Source of the DNA: an uncultured Acidobacteriota bacterium
GTDB lineage: Bacteria > Acidobacteriota > Vicinamibacteria > Vicinamibacterales > CAVVIG01
Direction: 5' to 3'
NCBI GenBank assembly: GCA_963773035.1
Contig: CAVYZX010000026.1
Location: forward strand, 70,151-134,150
Length of the DNA stretch: 64,000 nucleotides
Position 1 is the first letter of the stretch. The number at the start of each line of letters is the position of its first letter. The notes under the pieces were generated by a model. The model saw nothing but the letters and a program-made list of their open reading frames with translations. It had not been told where the DNA came from and ran no database searches. Below, one piece after another: positions 46,462 through 54,973 of this stretch. Both the position numbers and the translations under genes were made by a program.

Positions 46462-47739
46462 CTTCCGCCTAACAGGTTGTTGAAAAAGTGACCTCATCGG
46501 GCAAAGTCGTACTACACTGCGCGCGACCTTTCAGGAGGGCCGCTGCACGATGCGAGGAGCTGACGATCGATCGGATTTCCTGTTTAGCTACGTGTCTCCG
46601 GAACATCGCGTACCGGCCGACCATCCGCTGCGGCCGATCCGCAACATGACCGACGCCGCATTGGAGCGGCTGTCGGAGCGGTTCGAGCGGATGTACTCGG
46701 AGATGGGCCGACCCTCGATTCCACCGGAGCAGTTGCTGCGGGCGCTGCTGCTGCAGCACCTCTATAGCATTCGAAGCGAGCGGCTGCTGATCGAGCAGCT
46801 GGACTACAACCTCTTGTTTCGCTGGTTTGTGGGCCTCGGGATGGATGAGCCGATTTGGGATCACTCGACGTTTTCGAAAAACCGCGACCGCTTGCTGGCG
46901 GGCGACGTGGCGACGGCGTTGTTTGACGCGGTGCTGGCCGAGGCCCGCACGCATCGGTTGTTGTCCGACGAGCACTTTACCGTGGATGGCACGCTGCTCG
47001 AAGCGTGGGCCAGTCACAAGAGTGTTCGTCCGAAGGACCGCGACCCGAGCGACCCCCCGGATGATCCAGGGAACCCCACCGTCAATTTCCGCGGCGAGCA
47101 GCGGAAGAACGACACGCATCAGTCGACGACCGATCCCGACGCGCGGTTGTACAAGAAGGGCGTCGGCCGCCCCGCGCAGCTCGCCTATCTCGGCCACGTG
47201 CTGATGGAGAACCGCTCGGGCCTCGTCGTCGACACGCGCGTGACACCTGCGGACGGGTACGGGGAACGCGATGCGGCGCTGAGGATGGTGGCCGATTTGC
47301 CCGGGGGGCGAGTGACCCTCGGCGGCGACAAGGGCTACGACTATCCCCACTTCGTCGCCGACCTGCGATGCCTGCGTGTCACGCCCCACGTCGCCCAAAA
47401 CGTGACGAATCGGCGGAGTGCGATCGACGCACGAACGACGCGACACGGTGGCTATGCGATCAGTCAGCGGATGCGGAAACGCGTCGAAGAAGTGTTTGGG
47501 TGGATGAAGACGATCGGGCTGTTGCGGAAGCTGCGCCATCGTGGCGGCCCGACGGTCGATTGGATTTTCCGCTTCGCGGCGGCGGCCTACAACCTGATTC
47601 GGATTCGAAATCTCGTCTATGCGGCAGGCTAATGGCTCACGGCGACAGACGATGAGGTCGGGCGGCCCACCGACGAGTCGCGCGCCAACACAAGATATCG
47701 ATTTTCGGGTCACTTTTTCAACGCCCTGTTAGGCGGAAG
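46462..47739 (+). mobile_element. IS5-family insertion sequence (about 1.28 kb) with imperfect terminal inverted repeats of about 30 bp
   Basis: IRL is cttccgcctaacaggttgttgaaaaagtgacc. IRR is ggtcactttttcaacgccctgttaggcggaag, with 2 internal mismatches. Single DDE transposase ORF. No unambiguous target-site duplication found. Confidence 0.8.
46550..47632 (+). CDS. IS5-family DDE transposase
   Basis: N-terminal ...HPLRPIR...MYSEMGRPSIPPEQLLRALLLQHLYSIRSERLLIEQLDYNLLFRWFVGL (transposase N-terminal domain). C-terminal ...GDKGYD...VEEVFGWMK...RHRG. Confidence 0.9.
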   Translation: MRGADDRSDFLFSYVSPEHRVPADHPLRPIRNMTDAALERLSERFERMYSEMGRPSIPPEQLLRALLLQHLYSIRSERLLIEQLDYNLLFRWFVGLGMDEPIWDHSTFSKNRDRLLAGDVATALFDAVLAEARTHRLLSDEHFTVDGTLLEAWASHKSVRPKDRDPSDPPDDPGNPTVNFRGEQRKNDTHQSTTDPDARLYKKGVGRPAQLAYLGHVLMENRSGLVVDTRVTPADGYGERDAALRMVADLPGGRVTLGGDKGYDYPHFVADLRCLRVTPHVAQNVTNRRSAIDARTTRHGGYAISQRMRKRVEEVFGWMKTIGLLRKLRHRGGPTVDWIFRFAAAAYNLIRIRNLVYAAG

Positions 47740-47752
47740 AGAGCCGCCGGCA

Positions 47753-47798
47753 GTGATCTTCCGGCTGAAGCCGGAAGCCACACACGCAATTGATTCAC
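47753..47798. repeat. REP-like hairpin (family R1, copy 4)
   Basis: gtgatcttccggctgaagccggaagccacacacgcaattgattcac. Starts 14 nt to the right of the IS. Confidence 0.8.
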
Positions 47799-47843
47799 CT
47801 GCCATCGCGGCTTCAGGCCATCAGACCTGCTAGAGTGAAGCGC

Positions 47844-48833
47844 ATGACTGCGACCAATACTACGTTACGCGTTCTCTCCGCCGAAGACGTGATCGCGGGG
47901 ATGAAGTCGCTCCGCGCCCGGCAGCCCGTCAACTACTCGGCCTTTTATTCGAGCCAGCTCGGCGGAGTCGTCACCGATCCGGCGCTGATGATGATTCCGT
48001 TCGACGACCATATGGTCCACCGGGGGCACGGCATCTTCGACACCGCGGCGCTCGTCGACGGAAACATTTACGATCTCGATGCCCACCTCGACCGCTTCGA
48101 ACGGTCCGCCGGGCGATCGAAACTTCGGTTTCCGGCCTCCCGGGAAGAGATCCGCGACATCATCGTGAAGACAGCGGCAGCCAGCAGACGCCGAGATGGC
48201 GCGATTCGTTATTGGCTCTCGTCCGGCCCGGGCAGCCTCGAGCTGAGTCCGGCAGCTGGCGCCGAGCCGGGGTTCTTCGTCATGGTGTTCGCGGGCCTCT
48301 CGTATCCAGAGCGCTGGTACACGGAAGGGCTGCGGGTCATGACCACGACGTACCCGATCAAGCCGCCGCTCTACGCGATTACGAAGTCCACGAACTACCT
48401 CCCGAACGTCCTGATGCAGATGGAGGCCAAGGAGGCTGGATTCGACAACGGGGTGTTCATCGACGAAGCGGGCCACGTCGGCGAGGGCTCCAACATGAAC
48501 GTCGCGTTCGTTACCAGCGATGGCGCGCTCAAGCATCCGAAGTTCGATCACATCCTCTCGGGCTGCACGTCGTTGCGGTTGCTGGAACTCGCACGCGCGC
48601 TCCAGGATCGGGGGCTGCTCCGTCGTATCGACGTCTGCGACATCACCGTCGCCGAGGGACGTGCGGCGCGGGAGATGCTTCTCCTCGGCAGCTCTGTCAA
48701 GGTCGCGCCTATCGTGCAGTGGGATGCCGAGACGATTGGCGATGGACGGCCGGGACCTGTCGCGAAGGCGCTTTTGCAACTCCTCGACGAGGACATGCGC
48801 AAAAGCGAGCGCCTGATCGAGGTGGCCTACTGA
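47844..48833 (+). CDS. Class IV aminotransferase (branched-chain / D-amino-acid aminotransferase fold)
   Basis: Trimmed to MTATNTTLRVL. ...DHMVHRGHGIFDTAALVDGNIYDLDAHLDRFERSA...YLPNVL...EGSNMNV pattern of the fold-type IV PLP enzymes. Confidence 0.8.
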   Translation: MTATNTTLRVLSAEDVIAGMKSLRARQPVNYSAFYSSQLGGVVTDPALMMIPFDDHMVHRGHGIFDTAALVDGNIYDLDAHLDRFERSAGRSKLRFPASREEIRDIIVKTAAASRRRDGAIRYWLSSGPGSLELSPAAGAEPGFFVMVFAGLSYPERWYTEGLRVMTTTYPIKPPLYAITKSTNYLPNVLMQMEAKEAGFDNGVFIDEAGHVGEGSNMNVAFVTSDGALKHPKFDHILSGCTSLRLLELARALQDRGLLRRIDVCDITVAEGRAAREMLLLGSSVKVAPIVQWDAETIGDGRPGPVAKALLQLLDEDMRKSERLIEVAY

Positions 48834-50821
48834 TCAAAGAGAGGCGCATTGATCTTCCGGCTGAAGCCGGAAGCCACACTGCCCTCTGTGATGGAGATTT
48901 CCTGCCGGGAACTAATGTGCGCAACCGCCCTGAGCTCGCCGCTCTTGAACCCGCGCGCGGCGATGTCGTGTTTGCCGGCGCCCGGATCCGGGATCTCCAC
49001 TGTGGCCGTTCCGTCGGCGACGTCGATAGTTCCTCGCGGCCGGGCGTCGACTGTCACGTCTACGCGATCCAATCCTTTCGTCGTCAGGGTGACGTTGCGC
49101 TTGCCCGAGACGGCCGGACCCACCTGAACGCCGAGGGTCACGTTAGGGAGCGCCGCCAGTAACTGCGCAGCCTTCGCGATCAGGTCGACGTTGCTGTTGA
49201 GCACGTCGTTCTTCGTCATCCGGTGCAGCTGATCGGGCTGAACGCCGAGATCCTCGAGTGGCACGCCCTGATGCGTACCGGCGCGGATGACGCGCCGGAC
49301 CGAAACGCGGAACGACGCGCCTTTCGGCAGCGGCGAGAACGGGTTCTTGGAAGCGGGGAGCACCTGCTGCAGCAGCTCGTGGTCCCAGACATTGGCGCCG
49401 CCGGCGCCAGTTCGGCCGCCCGCCGAGAGAATCGGCCCGATTTGGTTGTCCTGAAAACCCGCTGAAAAGATGTCCGTGGCCGAATAGCACAACGGATCGG
49501 TAATGAGCGCCACAGGCCCCTGATAGCGTTGACCGAGCCGGTTGTACTCCTCCGCTGGCGCAATCGAGAAGCCCTGCGAGTAGATCTCACCAGTCTCCAC
49601 GGCCTGCGCGATAGACGGCTTCCACTCGGAAACGAAGCTGTTGCGCGCGCAGATTTCGAGCGTGAGCGCTGAATTGATGAATGACAGCAGCGTCGGCTCG
49701 ACGGTCCGCGGCGTGAGCACCTGCAGCAGGTTCTCGGCGCACAGGATGTTGCCACCGCCGTTTCCACGCACGTCGACAATCAAACCGTTCTGCGGCAGCA
49801 AGTTCGACATGCGTACGAATTCGGCCACAAACGCTTTCTCGTTGTCGACCATGAACGTCCAGATGCGGATGTAGCCGAACGTGCCGGACGGCGTCGACAC
49901 GCTGTGAAAACTGAACACGTCGGGCATGGTGCTCGTGTCGGCCAGGTTGATGTTCGGCTTACCCCGCCCGGTCCGCACCGCCGCACGCTCGGTCGCCATC
50001 GCGCTTGGGTTGAACAGCACCTTCTTTGCCCGACGCGCGAGCTCGGTGCGGAGGTCGAGACCAAGCCGCGCGCGTGCGCGCCCGGTGCCGCCTCCGGCGT
50101 CGCCGCCCGGCGTGGGATCCGGCTCGAACACCTGCCAGTCGAGTCGCAGCTCCCTCGCAACGCCGCCGTCGTCGTAGCCCACCACCACCCAGCGCTCGTC
50201 GGGCGGCGAAGACATGGCCATCGCCCGAATGGTCAGCGCTTCAAGTCCGCGAGCATGGCTCGCGTCCGGATTGCTGCCCGCTTGCCGCTCGGCGTTCAGA
50301 TCCACGGCCCGATCGATGGGCACCCCGCTCCAGCTGGTGACGATGACACCAGGCTTGAAGGTGGCATGGGTAAATCCCGCCAACATCTTCGAAACGAGAT
50401 AGCGGCGCCGGCCGCTCTCGAAAAATTCCTCGAGCAGAAACGGCAGAAAGGCGGTTTTCGTCGCGTACGGAGCCGGCAGAATGTAGTTGGTGTGAAGGTC
50501 GCGCAGGTCGACGAAGATGTCGATCATCGCGTCGTGGAATTGGCGCTCACTCAGCTCCGCCAGGTGGAAGCGGAGCAGCTTGAGACGCTGTACCGGATCG
50601 GTGGCATGCATCGATCGCTTGAGCGGCAGATGCACGTACAGCTCGCGGAGCATGGTCTCCGCCTGGTCGACGATGGCGCCGCGCTGCGCGGCGGTCAGGG
50701 TTCCGGTCGATGCCAGAAACTGTTCGAGCGTCTGGATCGCGCCGCTCGTCGTTGAGGATCTTTTTCGCTTCTTGCGATTCTTCGGGCTGGCTTTCCTGGT
50801 TTTCTTTCGCTTTGGCGTCAT
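48827..50821 (-). CDS. S41-family peptidase with a poly-basic N-terminus, no signal peptide
   Basis: LIVDVRGNGGGN and ALITDPLCYSATDIFSAGFQD S41 motifs. N-terminus is MTPKRKKTRKASPKNRKKRKRSS. The last 20 or so codons are REP-derived and overlap the convergent aminotransferase by 7 nt. Confidence 0.75.
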   Translation of the reverse strand: MTPKRKKTRKASPKNRKKRKRSSTTSGAIQTLEQFLASTGTLTAAQRGAIVDQAETMLRELYVHLPLKRSMHATDPVQRLKLLRFHLAELSERQFHDAMIDIFVDLRDLHTNYILPAPYATKTAFLPFLLEEFFESGRRRYLVSKMLAGFTHATFKPGVIVTSWSGVPIDRAVDLNAERQAGSNPDASHARGLEALTIRAMAMSSPPDERWVVVGYDDGGVARELRLDWQVFEPDPTPGGDAGGGTGRARARLGLDLRTELARRAKKVLFNPSAMATERAAVRTGRGKPNINLADTSTMPDVFSFHSVSTPSGTFGYIRIWTFMVDNEKAFVAEFVRMSNLLPQNGLIVDVRGNGGGNILCAENLLQVLTPRTVEPTLLSFINSALTLEICARNSFVSEWKPSIAQAVETGEIYSQGFSIAPAEEYNRLGQRYQGPVALITDPLCYSATDIFSAGFQDNQIGPILSAGGRTGAGGANVWDHELLQQVLPASKNPFSPLPKGASFRVSVRRVIRAGTHQGVPLEDLGVQPDQLHRMTKNDVLNSNVDLIAKAAQLLAALPNVTLGVQVGPAVSGKRNVTLTTKGLDRVDVTVDARPRGTIDVADGTATVEIPDPGAGKHDIAARGFKSGELRAVAHISSRQEISITEGSVASGFSRKINAPLFDQ
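48844..48880. repeat. REP-like hairpin (family R1, copy 5), lying inside the 3' end of the S41 peptidase ORF
   Basis: gcgcattgatcttccggctgaagccggaagccacact. On the minus strand it translates as ...SVASGFSRKINAPLFDQ-stop. Confidence 0.8.
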
Positions 50822-50846
50822 GATCGGGCCCTCGAGGCGGCGTGCA

Positions 50847-51197
50847 CTATTTTTTCGAAGCTGAGCTGCGCGTCAGGTAGGACACGATCGCGTCGAGATC
50901 GGCGTCGGTGACTTCCGTCTTCCGGAACCTTGGCATCACGAACACCCCGTTTCGCACTGCCGTCTTGATTCCAGCAGCCGTCAAGTCGGTGCGCTCGACG
51001 AGCACAGCCGGCTTGGCGCCTTTGTAGAGCGCCGCCGCCGCAATCGTGCCAGGCTTCCCTTCTCCTGCACCGTGGCAGGGCGTGCACCATTTGTCGTACA
51101 CCTGACGGCCGCGTTCGGCCGCCGGCTCCTGCGCGGTCGCGCCGCCAGAGTGAAGTGCCCAAGCCAACACGGCGAGGGCCACGAGCCTGATTCTCAT
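50847..51197 (-). CDS. c-type cytochrome, exported (candidate PchC-like subunit)
   Basis: Trimmed to MRIRLVALAVLAWALHSGGATAQ. Single CTPCHG site. The ATG overlaps the upstream flavoprotein stop (ATGA at 51194-51197). Confidence 0.8.
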   Translation of the reverse strand: MRIRLVALAVLAWALHSGGATAQEPAAERGRQVYDKWCTPCHGAGEGKPGTIAAAALYKGAKPAVLVERTDLTAAGIKTAVRNGVFVMPRFRKTEVTDADLDAIVSYLTRSSASKK

Positions 51198-52780
51198 GCT
51201 CTCGCCTTTCGCATGCCCTTGGGCCAGACGCCGTTCTTTCCAGGGGCCAGGATGCCGTTCGGATCGAGGGCATCCTTCAGTGTTTCGTGCAAGCGCCACA
51301 GGGCGTGGTTGTTGAAGGAGTACGCTTCCGCAATGTCGTCCATGAACGCGATGTGCGTTCGGTATTCGCCCCACCCGTGCTCCGCCGCTGTCTTCACCAG
51401 CCGCTTGAAGATCTCACGATTTCGCCGGTTCTTCTCCACGTCGTGTTCAATCGGGAAGAAATAGATGATGACGAAGGCTCGCGCGAAGAACGACCAGATC
51501 GGGAGGCCGGGAAGCGCTCCAGCCGGCGCGCCGAGATCTTTGTAGACCTGCTCGAAGACCCGCGTTGCCTCGACGACCGCTTCGCCGGTCATCGGGATGA
51601 TCGGCGAGAACCACATGTGCCCCTGACTGCGCGGGCCTCCGATGGCGAAGGTCGTGAGGCTGGGCACGCCGATCGGAACCGGATTGGGAATCTTCTCGAG
51701 CGCCGCCGCGTCGAGCGGAAACCGGTACGAGGCGCCGTCGCGAAAGGTGACGCCGGGGATCCGCGAGAACTTCTCCTTCGCATACTCCCACTGCGCGGCA
51801 ATGACCTTCGCCGGTCCGTAGAACGGCAGGTCGATCGTCCAGTAGCCGAGGCCTTTCTGTGCGACGTAGCGTTCGAGGTCGATGGTCGACGAGCCCACAC
51901 GGATTCGAGCGAGCTCCGGATCGGGCGGTCCGAAATCGACGGTGTTGAGGACGCTCGTCGTGCCTTGAACGACGCCCGAGTTCAGCAGGTGAGCCAGCGT
52001 CTCGACGAGCGCGTGAATGTCGTCGTGCTTCGGCACCATCACGTTGCCCGAAAAGTACGCCTCGGGCTCCGGGTACAACCAGAAACCCATCTTGGTGACA
52101 ATCCCGAAGTTCGACTGCGAGAAGATGCCGTCGACGTGAGGCCCGAATCCATACTTGTATTGCTGCCAGGTCTTCGCGTTGGGCAGCGCACCCATGCCGG
52201 TACGGACCACGTCGCCGTTCGCCAGCACGACTTCCATGCCGCAATGCGCGTCGAAGTGATCGCGCATCGGCGTGTACCCGCCGCCCCGCTCCAGCGCGTT
52301 CCCGACGAGGCTGCCCCAACCGGGATCGGGCGGGTCGATCCACACTTTGAGACGTTTCTCTTGAATGTAGCGATACAGATCGAAATAGCTGACACCCGGC
52401 TCGACGAGCGCGTAGTGGTTCTTGTCGTCGACCTCGAGGACGCGATTCATGCGCTTCAAGTCGACAACGACGCTGCCGGACAGCTTCGGCGCAGAACCGC
52501 CGTAACCCAGGTTCTTGCCGGTCGAGATGGTCCACAGCGGGATCTTGTAGCGGCCGGCGATCCTGACGATCTCCTGCACCTGCTCGACACGATCGGGCGC
52601 CACCGCTGCCGACGGCACTGGATCCTCTTGCTCGTGCCAGAACGGTGAGTACGCGTCGCGATAGAGGTCGACGTCCTCGTCGGACGAAAACACCCACTCC
52701 TTGCCCACCGCCGCCTCGAATTGCGTCAGCGCTCGCGAGAAATCTCGCTGGCTTACTCCTGGAGGAAGTCTCATGGCCAT
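51194..52780 (-). CDS. VAO/PCMH-family FAD-binding oxidoreductase (p-cresol methylhydroxylase / vanillyl-alcohol oxidase-like flavoprotein)
   Basis: ...AAVAPDRVEQVQEIVRIAGRYKIPLWTISTGKNLGYGGSAP... FAD_binding_4 pattern, with a VAO-type cap and C-terminal domain. About 528 aa, as in PchF/VAO. Confidence 0.8.
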   Translation of the reverse strand: MAMRLPPGVSQRDFSRALTQFEAAVGKEWVFSSDEDVDLYRDAYSPFWHEQEDPVPSAAVAPDRVEQVQEIVRIAGRYKIPLWTISTGKNLGYGGSAPKLSGSVVVDLKRMNRVLEVDDKNHYALVEPGVSYFDLYRYIQEKRLKVWIDPPDPGWGSLVGNALERGGGYTPMRDHFDAHCGMEVVLANGDVVRTGMGALPNAKTWQQYKYGFGPHVDGIFSQSNFGIVTKMGFWLYPEPEAYFSGNVMVPKHDDIHALVETLAHLLNSGVVQGTTSVLNTVDFGPPDPELARIRVGSSTIDLERYVAQKGLGYWTIDLPFYGPAKVIAAQWEYAKEKFSRIPGVTFRDGASYRFPLDAAALEKIPNPVPIGVPSLTTFAIGGPRSQGHMWFSPIIPMTGEAVVEATRVFEQVYKDLGAPAGALPGLPIWSFFARAFVIIYFFPIEHDVEKNRRNREIFKRLVKTAAEHGWGEYRTHIAFMDDIAEAYSFNNHALWRLHETLKDALDPNGILAPGKNGVWPKGMRKARA

Positions 52781-52868
52781 GCCGGCTGATTATTGCCATC
52801 TGTGGCGAGGGTGATCAAGGTGCGTGCTCCCTGTCGACCGGCGGCATCATTGTGGACGCCGGCAAAGG

Positions 52869-53750
52869 TCATCGTGACCCCGTTTGCTGACCGAAATATC
52901 CGCGCCTGGCGGTTACACGTCCAGGCTTGTTCTTCAACCGCACCGTCAGCGTGTGCCAGCCGCCGGCCTCGACGCCGCTCGGCGAGTAGGTCAACAGATA
53001 TCGGGAGCGCATCTCTTGCAGCATGGCCAGGAAGACAGTGCTCAGACGTTCGGGCGCCTCGACTCGAACCAGCCGGCCGCCGGTGGCTTCGGCAAGTTCC
53101 TTCAGAAGTACCTCGTCGGGACCGGCCGAGCCAATCGGCTTGTGCGCGATCGCGTAGACAATGGCCTCCGATTCCCGCGCGACGGCTTGCACCTCGCGCT
53201 GTGACAGCCAGCTCTGATTGTCGAGCCCATCGCTGAAAAGCAGAATCAACGTTCGTCGGCTGCGTCCTTCTGCCAGGGTGAGGGACGCATACAACGCATC
53301 GAGCAGCGCCGTCCCACCCCCTGCCGCGAGGCGACCGATCGCGGCCCGAAGGGCGGATTGGTCGGCAGTCAGCGGAGGCTTCAGCAGAAACGACTGATCG
53401 AATGTCATGAGCGCCGCCCGGTCCGCCGGCTCCAGCTGGTCGATGACTGCGCCAGAGGCGTCCTTCAGCCGGACCAGCGTTTCACCTCGAATGCTTCCGC
53501 TGCGGTCGAACGTGAAGAACACATCGAGCGGTTCGCTCCGACCGGCCAACGACTCAATCGTCTGCGGGACGCCGTTGTCGAACACCTCGAAGTCGTTTGC
53601 GACCAGATTCTGGACGGGTCGATTTCGATCAGTGACGAGCACATCGATGCGAACTCCGTTCGTCACCGCGCGAAACGTCGGGTTCTGTGCAACAACGAGC
53701 GCGCTTCCACACAAGGCCAGGACCAGAACGCCGAATAGTCGTCTGGTCAC
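52869..53750 (-). CDS. VWA-domain protein, exported
   Basis: GTG start at 53750 overlaps the upstream stop (GTGA). Signal peptide (V)TRRLFGVLVLALCGSALVVAQ. MIDAS-like FTFDRSGS...T...LFSDG motifs. Confidence 0.75.
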   Translation of the reverse strand: MTRRLFGVLVLALCGSALVVAQNPTFRAVTNGVRIDVLVTDRNRPVQNLVANDFEVFDNGVPQTIESLAGRSEPLDVFFTFDRSGSIRGETLVRLKDASGAVIDQLEPADRAALMTFDQSFLLKPPLTADQSALRAAIGRLAAGGGTALLDALYASLTLAEGRSRRTLILLFSDGLDNQSWLSQREVQAVARESEAIVYAIAHKPIGSAGPDEVLLKELAEATGGRLVRVEAPERLSTVFLAMLQEMRSRYLLTYSPSGVEAGGWHTLTVRLKNKPGRVTARRGYFGQQTGSR

Positions 53751-54844
53751 CGGGCAACATCCTTTCGCATCTCTTGGAGCGCAGAATCGAACCGCCCCGC
53801 CTGTCCGAAATGGTAGGACCACCACGGATCGTCGCATTGCGACCCGGCCACCGCCACGCGAAGCAGCATGCCCAAAGCAGCTGCTCGCTCGCCCTTGTTG
53901 CGAAGGGCGTTGCTCAGAGCGACCTCTGGTGTTTGGCATCCTGGATACCGAACCGCGGCGGCGCGATAAGCGGCGATCGCCTTGTCGAGGTCGTTGCGGC
54001 GCTGCTCGGCGGCGCCTTCGAAGAGCAAGGCAAGATACTTGAGCGGTGCCGGCGCTTCACCGTCACCGATCGGCTTCAGCAGTGCCAACGCTTCGTCGGG
54101 ACGATCCAATTCGTTCATCATGCGCGCGAGTCGAAGGCGCGCTTCGTCGAGGGACGGCGACACGGTAAGGGCGTGTCGAAACGCTCCGGCTGCCTCCTCT
54201 TGGATTTTGCGTTGGCCGCGGTCTTCGAGAGATCTCAGGATGGCTGGGTGAGGATCGTCCGGAATGCCGCGGGCTCCAGCAACGGCTCCCGACAGATCGA
54301 TCGGCGGTTCACGCGACCATCCGAGCGCCTCATAAAGCGAGCCCAGCGCCAGCAGCACGTCACCGTCGGCCGGAAAGCGCTTGACCATCGCATCCACATG
54401 GCGAACCAGATCCTCGAACCGGAGTTCCGACTGCAGGTGCCATGCGACGAGCAGGTACCATCGGCGCCGGAATTCGGTCGGCACCGCAACACGTCGATTG
54501 ATGATCCAGTCGGCGGCCGAGAGGTGAATGGCGCCGACACTTCCGGTGGGCGCGTTCCATGCGGACTCGGTGTGAAGCAGCGCCGCTGCTTCCAGGTCGA
54601 CTGGTGGCCATTTGGCGCGATCCAAGAGCCGAAGCGCGTCCTCGACCCATCGGCGATCGCGGGCAACCATCTCTGCAACCGCGGTGTCGATCTGACCCTG
54701 TCTGTATCCGTCGACCATCGCCGCATAGGCGTTCAGCGTCGCCGACGAGGAAACGCCCTGCCGAGCTGCTAGGGAGGCGGAAAGCGCGATGGGTGCCAGC
54801 GCGCCGGCAAACCAACGTGCATTGCGCCGCACCATCGTGCTCAT
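53747..54844 (-). CDS. Hypothetical exported protein with a TPR-like helical-repeat C-terminus
   Basis: MSTMVRRNARWFAGALAPIALSASLAA signal. C-terminal ...AIAAYRAAAVRYP...ALSNALRNKGERAAALGML is helical-repeat-like. Alternative start at 54874. Confidence 0.5.
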   Translation of the reverse strand: MSTMVRRNARWFAGALAPIALSASLAARQGVSSSATLNAYAAMVDGYRQGQIDTAVAEMVARDRRWVEDALRLLDRAKWPPVDLEAAALLHTESAWNAPTGSVGAIHLSAADWIINRRVAVPTEFRRRWYLLVAWHLQSELRFEDLVRHVDAMVKRFPADGDVLLALGSLYEALGWSREPPIDLSGAVAGARGIPDDPHPAILRSLEDRGQRKIQEEAAGAFRHALTVSPSLDEARLRLARMMNELDRPDEALALLKPIGDGEAPAPLKYLALLFEGAAEQRRNDLDKAIAAYRAAAVRYPGCQTPEVALSNALRNKGERAAALGMLLRVAVAGSQCDDPWWSYHFGQAGRFDSALQEMRKDVAR

Positions 54845-54973
54845 AACCAAGTGGGCTCCGTGGATTGTATCCAAGGCCGGCGAAGAGGTGGATAATACCG
54901 CCCAAAAAGGCTAGTACGCTTTGCGGCCCAGCCGGAGTACTCTCTTGAGAAATTGCAGATGGGAGGAGTTGAC

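Noticed and set aside
46469-47713. 414-aa minus-strand ORF covering the IS element
   Set aside because: It is antisense to a clear IS5-family transposase and has no transposase or other motifs.
46455-47745. Target-site duplication flanking the IS
   Set aside because: The flanks read ...gtag|cttccg... and ...cggaag|agag.... I could find only inverted symmetry (cttccg/cggaag), not direct symmetry, so no duplication is claimed. The true ends need ISfinder comparison.
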